A program made the position numbers and the translations under genes. Positions 40,201-55,100 of a stretch of 64,000 nt of DNA are shown in pieces. Within the stretch, counting starts at the first letter, position 1; every line of letters begins with the position of its first letter. This DNA is from Tubiluchus corallicola (taxonomy: Eukaryota; Animalia; Priapulida): NCBI GenBank assembly GCA_030141605.1, contig JAQGDQ010000039.1, positions 62,001-126,000 of the forward strand. Reading direction: 5' to 3'. The notes below the pieces were generated by a model. That model made no database searches, was not told where the DNA came from, and saw nothing but the letters and a program-made list of their open reading frames with translations.

Positions 40201-43200
40201 CAGACAGAACCACCCTCTAACTCGCCAACGCAAATCTTGTATATTTTTTACTCGTGACATTTACATAATTTTAAGTAAATTTACTGAAAATTCTTTAAAT
40301 AAACTTGAACAGCTATCTTTTGGAGAGGCAATCTACCTGTGAAGAGGCTTTAATACAGGTTCTTCTGAATCTGTTAGCCAATCCTATTAACTTTTTATTG
40401 CATCTTCTCTTCAAATGTATGCAGGTTACATACCAGATTTCTTCGTTAATAAAATACTGCTTAAAATAATAGCCATCTTTTGTTTGCCAAAAAAAATTCT
40501 TTAAGAAATACCACTATTTATTATTTATTGCAAACCACACTGGAACATGGCTAAAATACCTAACCACCAGATTAATATTTCATCTCAGATGGTGAGTCTT
40601 TATAATGAGCTAAGTTTAGGTCCCACCACAACCACAAACATAAAACAGATACCCAATCCAAGAATGTTGAATACTGGCCTGCAATACGTCGAACTGTATA
40701 AAAAAGCACACATGCATTATACTAGCAACATAAGCTTATTTATTATTACAACCAAAAGGTGAATTACAGCACAACATAAAATTTCGAAACATAAAAATTT
40801 AAAAGAATAAGCGAGGCAGAACCTACAGCAACAAGCAAAAATGTGGCTACAATATTAGTACTTTATAACATTACATTATGTACACATACATGTGCACATC
40901 CCTTGTATGTACAGTAAAGTAAGAAATGGCATAGAAACTCACCAATGATTTAGTCAGAGCAGTGTGCAAACAATCCCTGAGAATATTCCGCACGCCCAAT
41001 AGATACCGATTTCCTGATTCTGTCACTTCGCCAAATATCTGAAGGGGGGCTGGCTCATACATCATCTGAGGTGGTTTTGTCGTCTTTGTGCTGAAATTAC
41101 CAAAGCATAAAAATGTCTTTTCACCAAGTATACTGAGTAGTAATTTGCTGAAAGAGTACTTTCAGAATAAGAGAACTTTTTGTAATTAATTTTGTAATCA
41201 CATCTGGTGAATAGACTTGTTGTCATAGGCTAAGTATCATCATTACTATCATCATCATCATCATCATCATCATCATAATCATTATCAATGTCTAAATCGT
41301 CATGCTCATCACAGTCATCACTATCATAGTCACCATCACCATCACCACCACCACCCCAATCACAATCACAATCACCATCATCATCATTTATCATCATCGT
41401 TATCATCATCATCATCCAGCAAGACTGTTGGAAACAAGAAAATTCGAATTGGCAAATTGCTTGTATGCATTTCAGAATGCTAAGTAAATGCTAAGTAAAT
41501 GCATAATGACCATTTTCCCCACCAGTTTTACTTAGGTGACAATTTTGATTCTGCGATGAGGCAATGCTTAAAACCTAACATAAGGTGGTAGAGTATGAAA
41601 CATTCAGACAAACAGGGGAGAGATGTGGGGGGACGGACGAATGCATGCAAACAGGCCCAGGAGACTTGTTTTTCCCCTGTCAATGTGATGTCTGGGTGGG
41701 AGATAATGAATCTGAGATTATGACAACAAATATAAGTCATTAAGTCTACCATGTAGTCTATGCCAAAAAATCTTATGTCATGCATTCACTAAGTTTGACG
41801 TATAAACCTCGCATAACACCTGTAACATCAGGGTTTACTTCAACTGTCTGTTTCTGCTCATTTTCTCAGCTTCTCTCAAAGCTTAATGCGAAGTAATGAA
41901 TTTGCTAGGAAGGTGAACACAGTACCACTTTCATTAGTAAGTCAAGCAGTATACCTTGATGTTCTGCGGGACCCAAGCTTAATATCTCTGGTTTTGCTGT
42001 CCCTATGCTGCAAACAAAAAAATAGGTGTGAATTTGAATTAGGTCTCAGTAATGTGTGAACAAACCTCATAAATGAAGTGCACCTCCATCTCCGGCAAGA
42101 TTAAAAATGTGGCAGAAAATCAAAAGCCAGACTATCGGCACAAGTGGCGCATGTTCTAATATCACTTTGTTAAATTCAAATAAGATTTGCGATGAAATGA
42201 CAGAACCTTAAGTTCACAAAATCTAGCAACATTGCTGCACATTGTAATTTCAATAAAGAAAATCAAGCCATCATGCTAAAGTTTGTCCAGAAATAGACAG
42301 AACCTTAAAGGAAAACAGAACGATTTTTCTGGTCTTGTCTCACCTTGAAGTATAGTAAAAAGTAATGTTATCACTTATAATAAAACCAAAATTTTGCTGA
42401 TACTTAAATATTAGCTTGGGAATTTAATTAGCAGGTAGTGAGCTCGGCTAGTGATGTCATAACTGAAAACAATTTCAAATTGGAAAAATTGAAATAAATC
42501 ATTACTGTACAGCACTGATTATGACTGACATCAATTCTGTGAATTTTAAAATAAAAATTTAAATTCCAAGCTTACTGCCAACAAGCGATTTCACTACAAA
42601 TGCATGATACATCAGAACTAAACTGAGAGACAATGTAAGATGCAGATAATACAATTACTATTCAGCAAACAGTACACGGTACGGTAATAATGGCACAGGT
42701 AGCAATGGCACAATAAATATGGCATACGAACAAAAGGTATAGGAAAAAGGACACAAATGGAAAAACAGGAAAAATGACACCCACCATGGCTCTTCTATCA
42801 TTTACTCTTTTGCCATGCTTCCTGTGTCATTATTACCTGTGCTGTTTCTATCCATGTCATTCAACTGCACAACAGAACATATTTTTACCTTGACTGTAGT
42901 AAGAGAAGCATCAGCAGGTGCATCAGGAATGCTTTTCTGTATGCAATAAAGAATTTTAGCTCTGTCAAATTCTTGTACAGAAGAAGATTTGTCTGCAGCT
43001 TGTGCTACCTCTGGTCTGAAAAATAAATAACACCTTTACCCAAGTAAATTTGCTCTTCTCTTCTTTCCATAATAGTCATTGCTATTTTTTATAATGAAGT
43101 TAGCTAAATATCAAAATTGCGAAGAAGAAATCGTTATTATTTTGCATCTCTGTTGTACTCAAAATTATAATATGCAAGTTATAACTGTTGTGAATCTAAA

Positions 43201-46200
43201 TCTAAATCTGATGAAATGAAATGGCATTATAAAGATGATAAATGCAAATCAATAACAGACCTTCTTGAAGTCTACAAGAACTCTAGTTAACAAAACCAAA
43301 AAAGACTTTGTAGAATAGACTTTCAAATTTTATTTGTAATGTTGCCGTGAATAAAAATGTACTTCAATACTTCCTAAGAGATAAAAGCGGACAAGAGTTT
43401 AAACACCAAAATCGTATTAGAAACCCACCTTATGCCAGAGAACAGAATCCACAATTGCAAGGGATAAATAAAAAAGCATTAAAATTGCTAATAAATAAAT
43501 TATTAATTAATCATCAAATTATATGGTCTCAACTTAAAAATAGTATTTAAACTGCAATGAGCCAGTTTCTTTCTAATGTGAAATGGGTATAAGGTGACTC
43601 TGAATGATTGTTACTAGTATGGTGAGATTTTTGATCCACTCTGCCATGTGTGCCAATGGTTAAAATGGTACAGTGTGCGAACTGTAATCCCAAGGTTCTG
43701 GGTTCAAATCCAAGTTAGCTTGAAATTTTCAAATGCCATCTTTCAACAACTAATTAGTCATTTGTTTAATTGCTGATCATGCATAAACCACTAAGTTTAT
43801 CACAGATTAAAAATACATTAATGCGACTATAAAATTTTAATTTCGTAAAAACAACACTTACTTCAAGATCGACTGAATCACTGCTATTGCTGGATCCTCA
43901 ATTGCTAGTGTTCCCTTGCGCTGCGAATGTTGTGCATCCGTTTTTCCCACGATGCTTGAACGTTTAAGTCTTCTGTAATCGTCAAAGATGGCTTTGTATT
44001 CGTCGAACGTCAGCTCAGAATGTGAAACAAGTCGGCAGTCAAGGTAGTCAAAGCGTTCTCTGCAAGCTGCGGTCACACTTGCCAAATCTGTACTTATGGC
44101 TTCTGCATCCTAGTTCATAGAGCATTACAAAAACATAAACCTTCAAAAGTATGTCAAGTTCAAAAAGTTATAAAACAAAATCAAACACGAATAAGCCAAC
44201 AGCAAGTTTGCACAGTTTCACAATTTACGGTTGTTTTGGATATAAGCATGTGGTGTCTCCTTGTGTTTGTTTTTGCAAAATTAAGCTGTCGATCGACAGG
44301 TGAGCTACAACAAGAAATAGGAGTCTGCCTCATTTTGGAGACTGGATAGGAAAGAAGTCATGTTCGTTCAGTACGTTGTGTCGTTTAGTAATAAAATTTT
44401 CTCAGTCGAGTTCTTTTTAGCAAGTTAGTAAGATGCGGCAAAGATGCCAGTTTTGATTTCTTCATAATATTAGTACACATTTTCATTATAGCAATTAATT
44501 ATTTTTCTGACATTGGATTAGTAGAAACTGTTTTTATTTGCTTCAGTTAAAATGAAGTCGAGTCGAACATAATATGTCAGTCAGTAAGTCAGTCAGTCAA
44601 GTATGTCATGATGTGATAGTGATTTTGGAATGAGACGATGATTGCTCATTTTGGACAATAAAAAATCATAAATTACATCTAAAAGACTGACGGACATGTA
44701 TTTAGCGCACAACGATGCATCTTATATCTTTGGGAACTATGGTAGTAGTAGAAATTAGTTGTGAAGAGGCATCACAATATAATTCTTTTTTAACTGTACT
44801 GTTTCTCATTTTGGAATTTAGCAGTAACACGGATCCCAGCATTATAAACTCATTTTTGTGAATTAGTTAAATCAGACAATTTGATTTAAATATGTAACCA
44901 GTGAAAATAATACAATCACTATTAAATTTTGTGTTGGTGAATAATTGTTAATAAAGGTGAGCATGTTTTTAACTCAACATGTTTTTGTTAATTTTTATAT
45001 CACAATGACATAAGCATTAAAACTAATAACATGATATTAACTCATAATTAAAATTCTTTTTTACATTCAGATACTACTAACCAAGGCCATAAAGGTTAGC
45101 TTTGCATATGCGTCTCCTCATCCTAAAGAGAAAGAAAGCTTACCTTACCTTTTGTGAAACAAATGCATGAGCTTATACAATTTATTCAAAATCAAAAGAA
45201 ACCACAAAAAAGCACATACCTAATATAGGTGTAACAAATTTCAGTATATATTATGTAAGATATATCACTGCTTATCATGAGATACATTTTCCTTAAAAAA
45301 CATCCAGGTTTTGGAAAAGAAAACTTGATGATTTGCTTGTTCAAATGCCACATCAAAACATTCAGCAACAAGAGTTGAATAGCTAATATCCCCATCACAA
45401 TGAGGGGAGACCTTCACTGAGACTTCAAAAATTGCCACGTCTCAGACCACACCGTGGTTTTCCAGGTCTTACTAATAATGCAGTAGAAAGAGCTAGAGAC
45501 ATACAGTGGTCTTGAAGATCTTTTTGGTCTCAGAAAAATTTTGGGATGTTTACGAAGTTATCACAGGAGATCGTGGAAGCAACAGATCGCCGCAGAAACG
45601 CAATATGGGTGTGATTCGGACAGTGCAGTCGTATTATAACATTACTGTGTCGTACCAAAGTCTTTATAATCATAGTGTCGTAACACTTGCATTAAGCTAT
45701 AATTTCAGTCTTATTTGTTCACACCTACATTACATTTTTAATGTGATGTGGTTACATTAATAGCAATTGCAGTACAGCGAGGAAGAAACAATTATTTTGC
45801 CATTTTCTTCGGTGATCTTTTTGCGATCATCGAGAACTTCTTTATTCTTCAAGGTCGTTATCGTGTACGACGGGGGGCTTTAACTAACCTTTAGAAAATT
45901 AGATAATCAATGACAAACTGATTGCCCTGTTTTAACAATCATTTCTAAATAATTATTTAAGTAAACTGGTAAGTTACCAACCTTTGCAGACGACATTCTG
46001 TGCACAAAGTCACTAATGACATTGATAAATTTTTTGCCTTCCAAAGTGCACTCCATGGATTTAGATTTTATTTGCAGCTGGGCAGTGGAGAGACACTTTG
46101 CCATTTCATCCACAAACCGGATGTCACAAACAACAGTCTTCAGTCTGCAAGGTGACATCATCACGAGAAAAATGTTAATAATGATAACGAGATATTAATA

Positions 46201-49070
46201 ACTAGGGTATGGCAATGCTCACAAAACTGAGAAAAACCCAACTCATTAAATGTCCTCACTGAAGAAAGATAGCTCTTTTGAAAGAAAAATAGTGGTCCTT
46301 CGGGTCACTGCTTCATCATCACCTTATTAGAAGTGATCAGAATGGGGATACCGTTACTGGGAACACTAAAAGAACAAAAGAGATTACAAAGTAAAGCAAG
46401 TGTTAAGTATCAGAAAAACAATAGAAACTAATGGCTTTTTATCTTTTGCTGATTGAGTACTCCCAGTAAAGTATAAAAATTCCGACCACTTCTAACAGGG
46501 TGCCATTAAAGCAGTGGGCTGAGGGAGCACTATTTTTCTTGTAAGAGAGCTATCTTTGTTCCTCTTTGAATATCTGTAAAAATTGTTGATCCACTGTTTT
46601 AGGTAGGTAGGAAGGGTGTGTTAGGTAGGATCATTATGCAGAAAATGGTTGACCAAATTACAGAATATAAGTTATTGTTGCTTGATATTATATTAGATTA
46701 TGCTACATACCTACATTAGATTAGCAACTTGACACAACTACAATTAAGGTAAAAAACTTTAGCATTAAAAAGGGCAATAAAAAATAAAGTTGTTGTAATC
46801 GAACAACAAAATAAAAAGGGCTTACCGAGTTTCAAGGCTTTGGACAGTGTCTCTGCCCTTGTTCCTACGCGAGGACTCCATTGCATCAAGCTCTTTGCGC
46901 ATTTTTCGCAAGGCCGAGGTAGCACTGTCGCAAATTTTGTCCAGTTTTGTTTTACAGACATCCTTTTCATCAGAATTAAAATTTCCCCCTTCGTCAAATA
47001 ACCTTAAACACAGGAAAAAACTTCTTGCCAGGTACGATTGTCCCATGACTTGTTTTTTCAGAAGTAAACACTGTGTAAGGAAAAACGCTTCAAAACACTT
47101 CGGAATAAACATAAGACACGAAAGTATCAATTTTAAGTTTTGTTTTTTATGCTATAACACTTCACTATAGGCAGAAATTTCTGTTTAATAATTTGTATGT
47201 TTGAAAGATATTGTGCTTTATTTTTTGCAAGACTGCCAAACTCAAGTACCTGTCATTCTAACAATGCCACTGGTTGTATCTCTGCACAAACAAGTGTTAG
47301 CAAAATCATGTCATATAGATGCGCACTGATAGTTTACTGCCAAATCAGTATCAGCAGAAATAACATTAATTTGTGGTAGCAGTCGGGTTTTATAAAGCAA
47401 CAAGAACATTTTTGTGCTTAAGCTAAGGCAAAAAATTCATTATTAAATTAAAGCATTCATCGTTAAGCGAGAAAAAGTTGGCAGAAATTCGTCATGATTA
47501 TAGTTGACTTAAGTTGGCAACTATACAGTTATTGGTTTTGTCTGTCTGTGTGTCATGTCTGCCTGCTTCCTCTGGGCCCTGGAATGCCCCAATGTACCAA
47601 TGAAGTTACCAACTATTAGATAACAACAATCAGTAAAATATGTTATGCAGAAACACATTGTTGAGGTTGTCTTCAGTAAACTCTTTAATTTACTAACCTG
47701 CAGGAATTGACGGTGGTTTTTCACAATCTACAATTATGTCTGTATCGGAATTTAGGTTTTTATTCAAAGATTTAAATGCACACATATTGTAGCTTAAACA
47801 CTTTTAAAGTTTTTTTCATGAAAAATTGATCTTCCACTTGTGTCTGTGGAGAATTCTAACCTCAACTAATTACAGATATTTTTATTCATCTCGTCATTTT
47901 TACCAGAATACAAGGTGGATTATCAAATGATTAATAATTACGATAAAATAAGCATAACAGAAGGTGTCCGGAGATGCAGGAGAAAGGGCAGCTAAGAACC
48001 AGTTGCATGCTCTGTATGACAGTAGCTGTTTTTTCATGGAAATTTCGCATCATTTTAAGTGTCAATGCAGAAAATAAATTTTTGTGCAGTCTTGAAGCGT
48101 GCAGATCTCATTTGGGCAACTATGTCCCTATATTAAGGACTGAAGGATAGCTAGTTAAAATGAAAAGTCTCAGAAGGGATTCATCAAGTGAGATTTAACC
48201 ATAGTTTTAACTGGTACAGCTTACGTCATGGAGGCTATGAATGCATTAGTCGTGTCAACTACGTCTTGCTTGAACTGCTCTATATAGCTTCTATACTCTG
48301 CATTAATTTCCTTTAGGCGGGCAAAGAATTCTTCTTTTTCCTTGGCTATTTCTTCCCGTAGATTCATTAGACTGAAATATCGACAACAAATTAAAACCAA
48401 CAAGCCATTTTTCACGCATCATTTTCACTTTTTCAGAGTACAAAAGATTGGCATTATGATAATAAAACGTGGGCAGATCTGTCAATTTATTTGTGTAGCA
48501 TTCAGTGAGTGAATAATATTTAAAGGAATTGAGGTAGTACACACACACAGACGATGCATGATTGCCAGAGGGACATAAGTTGTGGGTGATAAATGGCTGA
48601 CATAGACAAAGATACACGCAGACATTTTTTATTTTTATTTACCTAATTAAATAATTTTACGACTTATTCATAATATAACAAATCAGCATAATAGGAATAG
48701 ATATTTACGTGCACGATAAAAAGTATGATCAAGTAGCAGCAATAATATCACAGGTAGAACAGAAGATAGCAAGGGACCAAGTAGTCAAGTCACTATATTC
48801 TGATATATCCAGATTTGATAAGAGTAAAAAATATAGGTTAATATATGTGTTTATAAGAAACGGGAATGTAGTGCAGTTATTTATTATTTTAAATATAGTT
48901 CATTAATGTCGGACAAACAGTTTAACAATGGAAGCTAAAATCTTTCTTTCGCGACATTTATAGCAATTGAGTATGTTCATTTAAATTTGACATCATAACA
49001 ATTGTAAGAAATTTTCTGGTTACAATAGTAGCATTAACAACACCAACTGTAACAACAACAGCAACAGCAA

Positions 49071-49102
<32 letters not shown>

Positions 49103-52100
49103 ACAACAATGACGATGACGACGATGGTGACGAAGATGATGACAACAAGATTTTTTCCAGGACCAGAATCCGCATCTTGCGTTCGCTTGTAAAAACATTT
49201 TAACAATCTGATACTACCAATTTTAAACTAAGAACTAAATACAAAATTCAATTGTTAAAATTTGCAATATACAACAAAATTAAACTGGTCAGGAAAATAA
49301 ATGTGTAAAAATGCGCATGATGCATCTCGGATATGTAAAAGGACAATCTCAAAACCAGGGAAAATTTTTGAGATAATAAAAAAATCCACTATCTTACACT
49401 TTCAGCTCTGATGTGTCTTTCACAATGGCATCCTTTTCTTGAACCAGTTTCTTCAGTTCTTGGAGTTCACTATCAAACTTCTCGCCAGCACTTGGTAACC
49501 TTGCCTTGGTTTCTGCGAGCTTGTTCTGTACAGCCTTCATGTGACGAGCGAGTCTGTTTGCATGTAATAATAGCTCGTCTGTAAGCAGAGAAACGGTTAG
49601 TTATGTGTGAGTTAATACACATAATTTGTTTAATCTCTTGGTCCATTTGCTCAGCTTTGGTTACTAGGTTAGACCATTGTATTTAACAGTAAAGTCTGTG
49701 AATAATTACGAAATTAAACAGAAATAAAAAGTGCTAAATCAGAACAGACATTCAAACGTGAATTTAAGAATCAATTCCTGAGTCATATGGGCCTAATTAG
49801 TCAATTTCTGTAATTGAAAATAGCACATCTTTATATTTTTTTATAGTTCAATATTTCAACACAATTTTTGTAACACTGTAAAAATGGCTGACTTGGTTTA
49901 TATCGTCGAACCTAGTGCATTATTACCATTAGCATCAATTCATTATCATTGTCATCACCATCACCATTGTCATCAGCATTAATATCACCATCGTTGTCAT
50001 CATCATCATCATCATCATCAACATCATCAGTATCATTTTCTTGTATCTGTTTGCTTCACTCCATTTAGCGCATTTTTTGTTGTTGTTTATGTCATTAATT
50101 TAGTCTTATCCACGTTGAGCGTAGCTCATAAGTTAATTTTTTCTGCTGCGCTCATAGCACTGTAATGTATTGTTAATTTGCAATTTTCTAACTTTTATTT
50201 TTGTTCTGTGCTAAATGGATGAATAAATAAATCTGAATCTAAATGTTTCATAAGTAGCATCAAGCAAACAGTTACTGTGGTACTCAAGCGGGCCCTTAAT
50301 ATTAGCTGCCACACTGTTTTAAATCTCGAATAAAAACACTTTTATTTCCGCGTGCTTTTAGTAACTCATAATCTGTACTTTTAGTTGTTTCTGTAAATTT
50401 TAGTCACCAGACGTAATTTGGTAAATTAAAATTTGTGTAGTGCAGCATTTTAAGTTCTGTGATTTCATTGTATTTTTAACTCTGTAAAGCCAGTGAGCCA
50501 TCTGGGAACCCAGGCTAACAAATTATGAATTATGATTAATTACCCAGATTAATAAAACAAACACCTGAGATACCTGTATTAGTCAAGGGCAAGTCAATGG
50601 CGTAATTGGTAACAATAATAATAATGATGCTCTCAACTAATTTGTACTAGACTTTCTGTACTAAAAATATGAAGGAGCCATCTTCAACAGCCATGATAAA
50701 GGTGCCCATGTAGAGGCACTAAAAATGCTTCCAGCTTTTAGCCCAGCTGAAAGCAGTTACATCATTTGTTCACTAATTACTGACTGCTTATTTGACAAGT
50801 AATTGTAGTAATTTTTGTTTTCAGTTTGTATAATTGTATGTAGTATATCTCATTATGCAATTGTAATGGTGTTTTCGTCTAATAAACAAATAAACAAATG
50901 TTGCACTAACTAGTACTAATTTTTTGTTTGTTTTGCATCTCTTCCTAGTTACTGTGATTTTCGCTAGTGATTCTGTTTTCTACGTCTGTGTTTTTCCTTG
51001 TTTTTGTTTGAAGTCTTGAAATATCATTGTTTTTCATTGTTTTAACTCCTTCAGGACCATAAGCATTTGCTGCATTTTGCATGGGTTAATGAAAAAACTG
51101 CTCTCACTAAGCAACGATTACATTACATTTCCTGATAATTTTTTCTCGGTTTCTACTCCTCACACAGTGGGCTTTCATGCAAAATTTGCTTACCTTAGAC
51201 AAATTAAAAATAGATTTTTGACGAAAAAACTGTAAAAAGCTTTCATTGACTGCAGTGTTTGCACTGTAGCAATATACATTGTGTGAAATCGGCTAATGTA
51301 GAAAATCTTAACTATCCAAACACAACACTTTGATACACTTTGGCCTCAAGGAGAAATTCCTGTTAAAAGATGAGACAACCTTAATTTGTCCTTGGCTGAT
51401 CTGTTTATTTTTCCTGGAACTCTGTACAGCAGACAGTTCTCTTGGGCTATAACAGGCAGGCAAAAAAAGAGTGTACGATCACACAAGTGTATACCAGACT
51501 AAGCAACTTGGTAGGCTAAGTTGGAGTTTCTGAAAAGGGCACGTTTTCCTTAATTTTATCCAAAAATCACTTAGTCAAGATTCTCCTGAATAGAACAGCA
51601 CTTAATTTGTAATCATTTAGTTATGTCTATGCTCACACAGTAGACCTCATCTTACAAGACCTATTTCGAGCATTGCAGTCCCGAAGGAGTTAATTGTGGG
51701 ATATTTTAATTTCCTGTCAATAAGAATTAAATTTGAGTTATTATCTGTATAAAAGCCACAATTAACATTTGTCTCAAGGATCAAATATAATCCCACATGA
51801 GATATAATTTCTTATAGCACTCATCCAAATAGCCATATCATAAATACAACACTAAAAATTTATTGCTTTAAAATACAAGCCCTAAAGTTTTCCCTTTGTT
51901 TTTAGCTGTATCACAAGCAAATAAGTTTCTAGTCAGAAAGTGTTTACAAATATGTACTCCAAACTGACGATATTTCAAAGTAAACATGAAGTGTGACTAA
52001 GCGACAACAGTACCTTGTCTGACGTTATAGATGTCGACCCAAATGCGATGCAGTCTTGGCTTCAGAACATGCTTCTTGAGTGTTACTTCCTTTTCCAAAT

Positions 52101-55100
52101 CTTTTTCCTAGAAGGAATTTCTTTCAAGGTCAGTGATGAGGTAACCTGGTGTAGTGACCACAGTGATCATCTAGCATCGACAGCTAATCGTTAAAATACC
52201 TTAACTATTTCCTGACTATAAACGGTTGGTTGAGTTTGTGTATCTAATGATCCAATGAAACCAACACTGTTCCGTTCCAATAAATGGTTTATTCCGTTCC
52301 AACAATCATCCGTTCCGATGATTTTTCACATAGCAACCCATTTTGAAGTATGATAAAAAGTATACATTTTAGCCCCTATAATGATGCCAAAGCGTTTCTG
52401 ACAATTAAATAATAGGCTAAGAACTTAACTAAGGAGCCCAGCTAGTGATGCATCACAAATGAACATAATTTTCAATGCCACAAGCATTCCATGAATCCAT
52501 CAGCGTTTCATGTGTTTGCAAATTAAACAGAAAACTGAAGTACAGTGCTACTGTAGAAAATATTTTTGACAGTCAACAATACCTGTGGAACAGGTAAACA
52601 TTTGGCTGCTTTTAATTAATCTACTGTACTTTTACTGTGATTTTAAAATTGTCTTTTTTACAAATTATCAAACAATACAATTAATACATAACACTGTACC
52701 ATTAACTCAACAAAATCTTCAGCCATAGACACAACCCGAGTTTTCCACCCCTCTAGATGCTCCATGAAATTTGTGCGAAGAGACGCCTTCACTTCAGACA
52801 AGGTCAACATGGACACGCTCAACAGAGCCTCCTCTAAATCTTCCTCCCAAGGAAATTGGGAAGTTCCAATCACTGGTACACTTTGTGATACCGCAGCTGC
52901 CCCTATAAAAGACAAAATGAAGACATTTTGCACCTTTAAAAATGGCCAGTTCTGCAGATATCTTGAACACAATCTCTGCATTACTGTAGTTGCACAAGGT
53001 ACACATAATTAGTGTATGTATATAAAAAGGGAAGATTTCCCAACATAAAGGAATAATCTGTCAAAAAGTTCTTATGTACATTTTACATCACAACTTGCCT
53101 TAAAAAATAAGGAAGCACTTCTGCATGTTAAGACTATCAGGCATTACCTGATTCGCCGCAAAAGTGAATGAGTGACACTGTTTCCTGATAGTCTAAACAC
53201 ACGTGAATGACAGTTTTGTGTGATACCGGTAAAATTCAGCTTGCGCAATTCTTGAATGACAGGCCTCCCTATGACTTTTTCCCCCAAAGAGATTTGCCCA
53301 ATCAGAGCCCCGAACTTTTTGGACAAGATCAGTGATTTGTTTTCTGTCAGGAAAGACGGATAGTCTAGTTACAAGATGCAAGAATAACAAGTTTGAGTAT
53401 CACTCGGTCACGAAGGTGACGCCCGATAATTCAGACGAGGCTAAACGCTCGGAACCAATCATGGAAAAATTTGAAGTCATTCCCGAACACTCAGTCAGAT
53501 ACAGTACTGTACAATCAAGATCACACAATGCACTCTTGTGTGCCACATTGTAAAATCAACAACTATGAGCAATGAAATTTCAATTGATTTTCTCAAAAGT
53601 CAAGAAGCAAAAGGCCTTTCATTACATAATTCTACAACCACATTATTTTCATTATTACCATATTTTACTAATTCTGACATAAATATTCTTACGCATGGTC
53701 TTTTTGGCAACTATGTCTGAAACAGTAGCTCCACAGTCAGTTAGTACTTGTCTGGATGACAGGTCATACAAGGTGCCGGACTTTGACTTCAACACTGACA
53801 AGCCGGAGGTTAATTCTAAAGACTGTAAATGGAAAAGTAAAGATGAGGAAACATCAGACACAACAAGAAAATCAACAATGTATACAGTACAATTTGACGA
53901 AACTGAAGTAAATTACGTTATTAATACATAATTCCTCGTGACTTAGCACTTTTAACTTTTTATATTTTATCCTAGAGTAATATTTTTTTTAAGTTTCAAA
54001 TCACAACTGTTTCTAAGTAGACATACATGTCAATGGAATGCAGCTTACAGTATTTTTTATAAGCCTGACAGGCAGCTATAAGTAATAAGCTTGGTAACAC
54101 ACAGTGGTACATCACTGCCAATGCTATAAATTACGTATTTTAACTAACGCGCAGAAAAAACAGAAACAGAAACATTATCGTCTCGTCACACTTTGTTTCA
54201 CCTTACCATTGCTATGTTAAGCTAATCTCACCAAGCTCAGTTAAGTCCAGTCCAGTCCCGTCCCGTCCCGTCCCATCCAGTTCATGTTCACTCTGATCCA
54301 TTCAACACCATTCTAAGACTCTAATCTTATCACATCAAAACAAATTCGAATAACTGACTGATCTATTACGTCTTTTCTTAATCCAAAGTAAATTGATATG
54401 GCTTTTTCGTAATCAGCTACTTCGTTTTTTATGTTGACAGGATGTCGCTTCAGCAGTTTTTGCCGTTTCGAAAGTGTGGCATCGTACCTGAAACATACAA
54501 AGTATAAAGATAATAAAATCATTTGCACATAATTCTCCTGTCACCACTTGATGGCACAAAAAATGAAAAACACAGAAATTTGCAAGATCTATATAGTATA
54601 TAACCAGAACAGATATTGAAGTTTTTTTAATGCATTATTATGATTATACAAAGAATTCATAGTTATTATTAAACAAAAAGGACTTATATATATTAATAAC
54701 TTACCTTTTTCTGGGGAATTTTAAACGTGTGCATTGCAGTAAAGATCGCCATGTTTGATGTCTTTGGCGCAAGTGAGCGAGAATGATGTACGTGGTACAG
54801 AAAGTGTCTTTGGTCATCGATTACTGACGTTTATTTACTGATTTTTGGTGACTTTGCAACTGTACTCATAACGTCATTCATCTCGCGCAACGAAAAATGG
54901 CGATTTCTCAAATTTAATACTGCTAGCAACGAATTTATAAAAAATTGAAAGAAAGAAGTTTTACAGTAAGTTTATAATAAAATAAATTAAATTAAGTTGT
55001 AAAAGCTTATACTATAGTGAGGGTTTAGTTTGACTTTAACTTTTAAAGAGTGTGCAACTTCATGTCACAAGAAGTGTGGCAATACATTTATTTACTTCAC

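Noticed and set aside
43650-43730. Functional tRNA-Tyr (GTA)
   Set aside because: Stems do not pair; better read as a SINE head.
53193-53506. Selenocysteine/readthrough TGA in a CCDC180-like exon
   Set aside because: The frame ends in TAG before any phase-compatible donor; no SECIS evidence.
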